Assembly (NCBI GenBank): GCA_004764695.1
Contig: SMSO01000034.1
Span: 4,650,001 to 4,714,000, forward strand
Direction: 5' to 3'
DNA length: 64,000 bases
DNA from: Schizochytrium sp. TIO01
Lineage: Eukaryota; Protista; Bigyra: Labyrinthulomycetes
Shown here in pieces: positions 61,168-64,000 of the stretch. Position 1 is the stretch's first letter. The number at the start of each line of letters is the position of its first letter. The translations under genes were made by a program, and so were the position numbers. Below the pieces are notes generated by a model. The model had not been told where the DNA came from and ran no database searches. It saw only the letters and a list, made by a program, of their open reading frames with translations.

Positions 61168-61644
61168 TTATGAGGCCGCACTGAGATACAAGACGTTGTT
61201 GCCACGCAAAAAGCACTCGTTGTAATGCTGCTCCTTCTTGCCATCGACAATTTCGTCAGCCTGTTCCAATGCAATGTTCATGTAGCCGTCAAGGCAGCTA
61301 AGGATACCATGGTACTCAACGCCCGAGTTGAGCTTGACTACAACAGGAAGGCCAATAACCTGTAGACACACAACAATAAGATGATATATCATATAATTTC
61401 AACGCGTCAGTTCACATGCCGCATGCATGCGTGTGCTGTCGCACTCTCTCCTGTAATGCCAAGCTCTCGAAGTGACAAAAGGTCTCGAGCTTCGTCGATT
61501 TCCTTCCTTTGTCTCGCTTCATTTCCTCAACTTGGTTGAGGTGGCGTATAACCTTGGCATAGCATATAAACTTACCTGCTTAAGGAAATCCGAGGGCGAG
61601 CGCTTCGTCTGCGGCGCCTCGGCGGCGGCTTCGGTAGTGGACAT
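61168..61644 (-). CDS. LSM6: U6 snRNA-associated Sm-like protein LSm6; exons 61576-61644 and 61168-61359 (86 aa)
   Basis: Spliced product MSTTEAAAEAPQTKRSPSDFLKQ|VIGLPVVVKLNSGVEYHGILSCLDGYMNIALEQ...FLRGNNVLYLS. CAG|GTAAGT donor, CTGAC branch-like site, TACAG acceptor, phase-0 intron. LDGYMNIALEQ and RGNNVLY favour LSm6 over SmF. Confidence 0.92.
61360..61575 (-). other. GT-AG spliceosomal intron of LSM6 (216 nt)
   Basis: Canonical donor and acceptor; removal restores the Sm fold in frame. Confidence 0.9.
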
Positions 61645-62153
61645 CTTGGCGGCTGGTGGAGGATTGCGAACTGCCGCCAACTGAGAAAGTCCAAGCGCCG
61701 CTTTGAAATGAAGAAATTACTCTACTTTAGCCCCCTCTTCACAATGACTTATAGTTGCAATTCTTCATTCTATATACTTTTTATACACTAGACTATCCTC
61801 CTTATAACTCACTTGTGAAGTGGCGCTCCGGTGCAAGTCGGTTATAGCTTGAAAATCAACTTCTACAGTATAGTGGGTTATAGAATACTCTATTATAAAA
61901 TAGATAACGTTCTAAATGATAAGGCACTTGCTCTATTTTAGGGCTGGAGTGCCGAGTTGGCGGGGTTGTCAAAGTAGAAAAAAGCGAGGCTGCAAAATCA
62001 GAACCTGGGCAAGTGCAGGTTGTCTTGGAGACGCTATCGCTCCAGGAATCGCTTGCTGACGGTGTTTGGTCTTGGGACACAGCTCAATAAGGGTCGAGGA
62101 CCACAGCTTTGCTGATTGTGTGGGGAGTCCTCGGTCTGCGGTCTTGTAAAAGA

Positions 62154-63077
62154 ATGAGGAAGTCAGGCAAGTCTGGTGGCACGCTGTCAACGGCCTATGC
62201 GGTCGTAGGGTACATGGCGTGCTCTGCTGGCATGCTCTTGGTGAATAAACTTGCCGTGCATCACCTTCCGACGCCAGGATTCGTGCTCTTGTGTCAACTC
62301 GCGGCTTCTGCGGTCTTCACATGGGGTGCTGGAAAGTTGGGCTACATTGAGGTTGATCCACTGTCCATGGAAAAGGTCAGACAATTCTGGCTTGTACCTG
62401 TCGCGTTTCTGCTCACTGTCTTTGCAAACATCAAGATCCTGCAGTATTCCAATGTGGAGACCTTCATCACCTTTCGTGCCTCAACGCCCCTCATTATTTC
62501 CGTTTTGGACTGGCTTCTACTGGGCCGGGAACTGCCATCGCGCAAGTCCCTTGTTTGCTTACTTGGCCTCTTGGTGGGCGCATTGCTTTACTTGAACTTT
62601 GAGAAGGGTCAAATGACTGCGAACTCCTACTTTTGGGTTATCGTGTGGTACTGTGTATTTGTGTTTGACCAAATTTTTATCAAGCACGTTACCAACACCG
62701 TGGAAATGACTACTTGGGGCCGTGTATACTACACGAATGCTCTGCCAGTGATCCCACTGTTTTTTATTATGTACTATACCGGGGAATTCGAGAAGCTTTC
62801 CTCTATGGAGCTTGGTTTTGTGTCACAATTCTGGCTGTTCCTAAGTTGCGCGTGCGGAGTGGCCATCTCTTACTATGCATTTCTGTGTCGTGCCGCTGTC
62901 TCTGCAACTTCTTTTACTGTGTTAGGCAACACTTGCAAGGTCATTACTGTTACGCTCAATATCCTAGTATGGGACAACCATGCTACCCCGGAAGGTGTCA
63001 TGTCACTTTTCATGTGCCTTGTGTGCGCATATTTCTACGACCAGGCTCCTATCCGCCAACGAGGTTTGCCAGAATAA
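62154..63077 (+). CDS. Golgi nucleotide-sugar transporter, GDP-fucose/GDP-mannose type (GONST3/4-like)
   Basis: About 10 hydrophobic segments; LLVNK, NVETFITFR, WGRVYYTN, and SATSFTVLGNTCKVITVTLNILVWDNHA, which resembles the plant GONST3/4 C-terminal block. First ATG at 62154. Confidence 0.88.
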   Translation: MRKSGKSGGTLSTAYAVVGYMACSAGMLLVNKLAVHHLPTPGFVLLCQLAASAVFTWGAGKLGYIEVDPLSMEKVRQFWLVPVAFLLTVFANIKILQYSNVETFITFRASTPLIISVLDWLLLGRELPSRKSLVCLLGLLVGALLYLNFEKGQMTANSYFWVIVWYCVFVFDQIFIKHVTNTVEMTTWGRVYYTNALPVIPLFFIMYYTGEFEKLSSMELGFVSQFWLFLSCACGVAISYYAFLCRAAVSATSFTVLGNTCKVITVTLNILVWDNHATPEGVMSLFMCLVCAYFYDQAPIRQRGLPE

Positions 63078-63665
63078 ATAAATGAAAAAAGACTTCAGGT
63101 CACCCCTACAACCCTTTATAGACTTCATTCAACACAAATGCTGCATATCGTGCTGCAAGCAACATTCAAGAACACATTCTTCCCAAGAAAAGACTGATAC
63201 AACTTGTGTTGTCATACCGAAATTACAATTCTTCATCTGCAACGGTCCATTTAACCGTGAGCTCTCCAAATTATGAACTGTTTTACAGAGTCTTTGTTGT
63301 GTTTGGGCTACGTCAGTGGGCAGTGTTCAACATTAGAAATTAAGAAAAGAAATTATCTTGCATGAAATCATATTTTTATGGTGTAACTTTGGTAGTATAG
63401 ATGAGCCGCAGATGCGTAGCATCTCTTTATCTTGAAATATTCGTCACCTTTTTGCTTGATGCCGCCCTAGTAACATCTGCAGTATGCCTTACTGTGAAAC
63501 AAATGCGAGTTATATCAGTCGTAGCTAGAGAAGTTTACTTGCCTAAATTAGGTCGAGTCATTGATAGATATAATACTCTTGAATGGATTTTTCCCTCTAG
63601 ATGCAACTATACGAGTGGTCACTTTTTTCCATGAATTTGATTGACATATATCGACTATGAAAGCA

Positions 63666-64000
63666 TTACACAACGCGAATGATACCTGTTCGTGAATCAA
63701 AGAGAACTTGGTCGTCCTCGAGAAGTCCATGCACAGCGTTCATGACTTGCTCTTGGGTTACACGTGTGGAGCTCTGTGCGTTTACAGCTGCAGTAAGTGC
63801 GTACGCACGAATGCCTTCGCGAGGAATCAGAGGTAGCACTTCTTGCGCAAGAGCCTCATTCATGGCACGGTCAGTTGCGGCAACACCTGTGGTAATAGCG
63901 TCCATGTCAATGGTACCAGTACGAGGATCGACAGCTGCAGTTTGGGTTGCTACGTGCATAAGACGGAGGGCTTCGTCGACGTTTGCCTCAGTCACAACAT
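63666..64000 (-). CDS. MCM4: DNA replication licensing factor MCM4, C-terminal part (gene continues beyond the window)
   Basis: VDEALRLM..AAVDPRTGTIDMDAITTG matches the MCM4-type DPRTG.ID...TTG motif, followed by a winged-helix-sized tail. Confidence 0.85.
   Translation of the reverse strand, partial: VVTEANVDEALRLMHVATQTAAVDPRTGTIDMDAITTGVAATDRAMNEALAQEVLPLIPREGIRAYALTAAVNAQSSTRVTQEQVMNAVHGLLEDDQVLFDSRTGIIRVV

Overview
Eukaryotic genomic DNA. Intron-poor genes, long tetranucleotide microsatellites and the gene content suggest a flagellated protist, possibly a thraustochytrid/labyrinthulomycete (inferred, not shown). The first ~32 kb has no credible protein-coding gene. It is microsatellite-rich and ends at an orphan Q/H/S-rich 647-aa gene. 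The remaining 32 kb is gene-dense: a CPLANE1/JBTS17-like ciliogenesis gene broken into three ORFs by two +1 frame breaks; a convergent multidomain channel gene (~1840-2020 aa); a METTL7/TMT1-like methyltransferase ending in a PTS1; phosphoglucomutase; a GBF1-type ARF-GEF; two-exon LSM6; a GDP-sugar transporter; and the 3' end of MCM4. The best candidate for an undescribed system is the channel. It combines a catalytically degenerate nicotinamidase-fold domain, ankyrin repeats interrupted by a UBR-box-like Zn finger and two ryanodine-receptor (RyR) repeats, a polycystin-type six-TM TRP module, and a winged-helix-like tail reachable only through a third +1 frame break. All domain calls are by-eye motif recognition and need HMM or structure confirmation. 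Domain coordinates are approximate.
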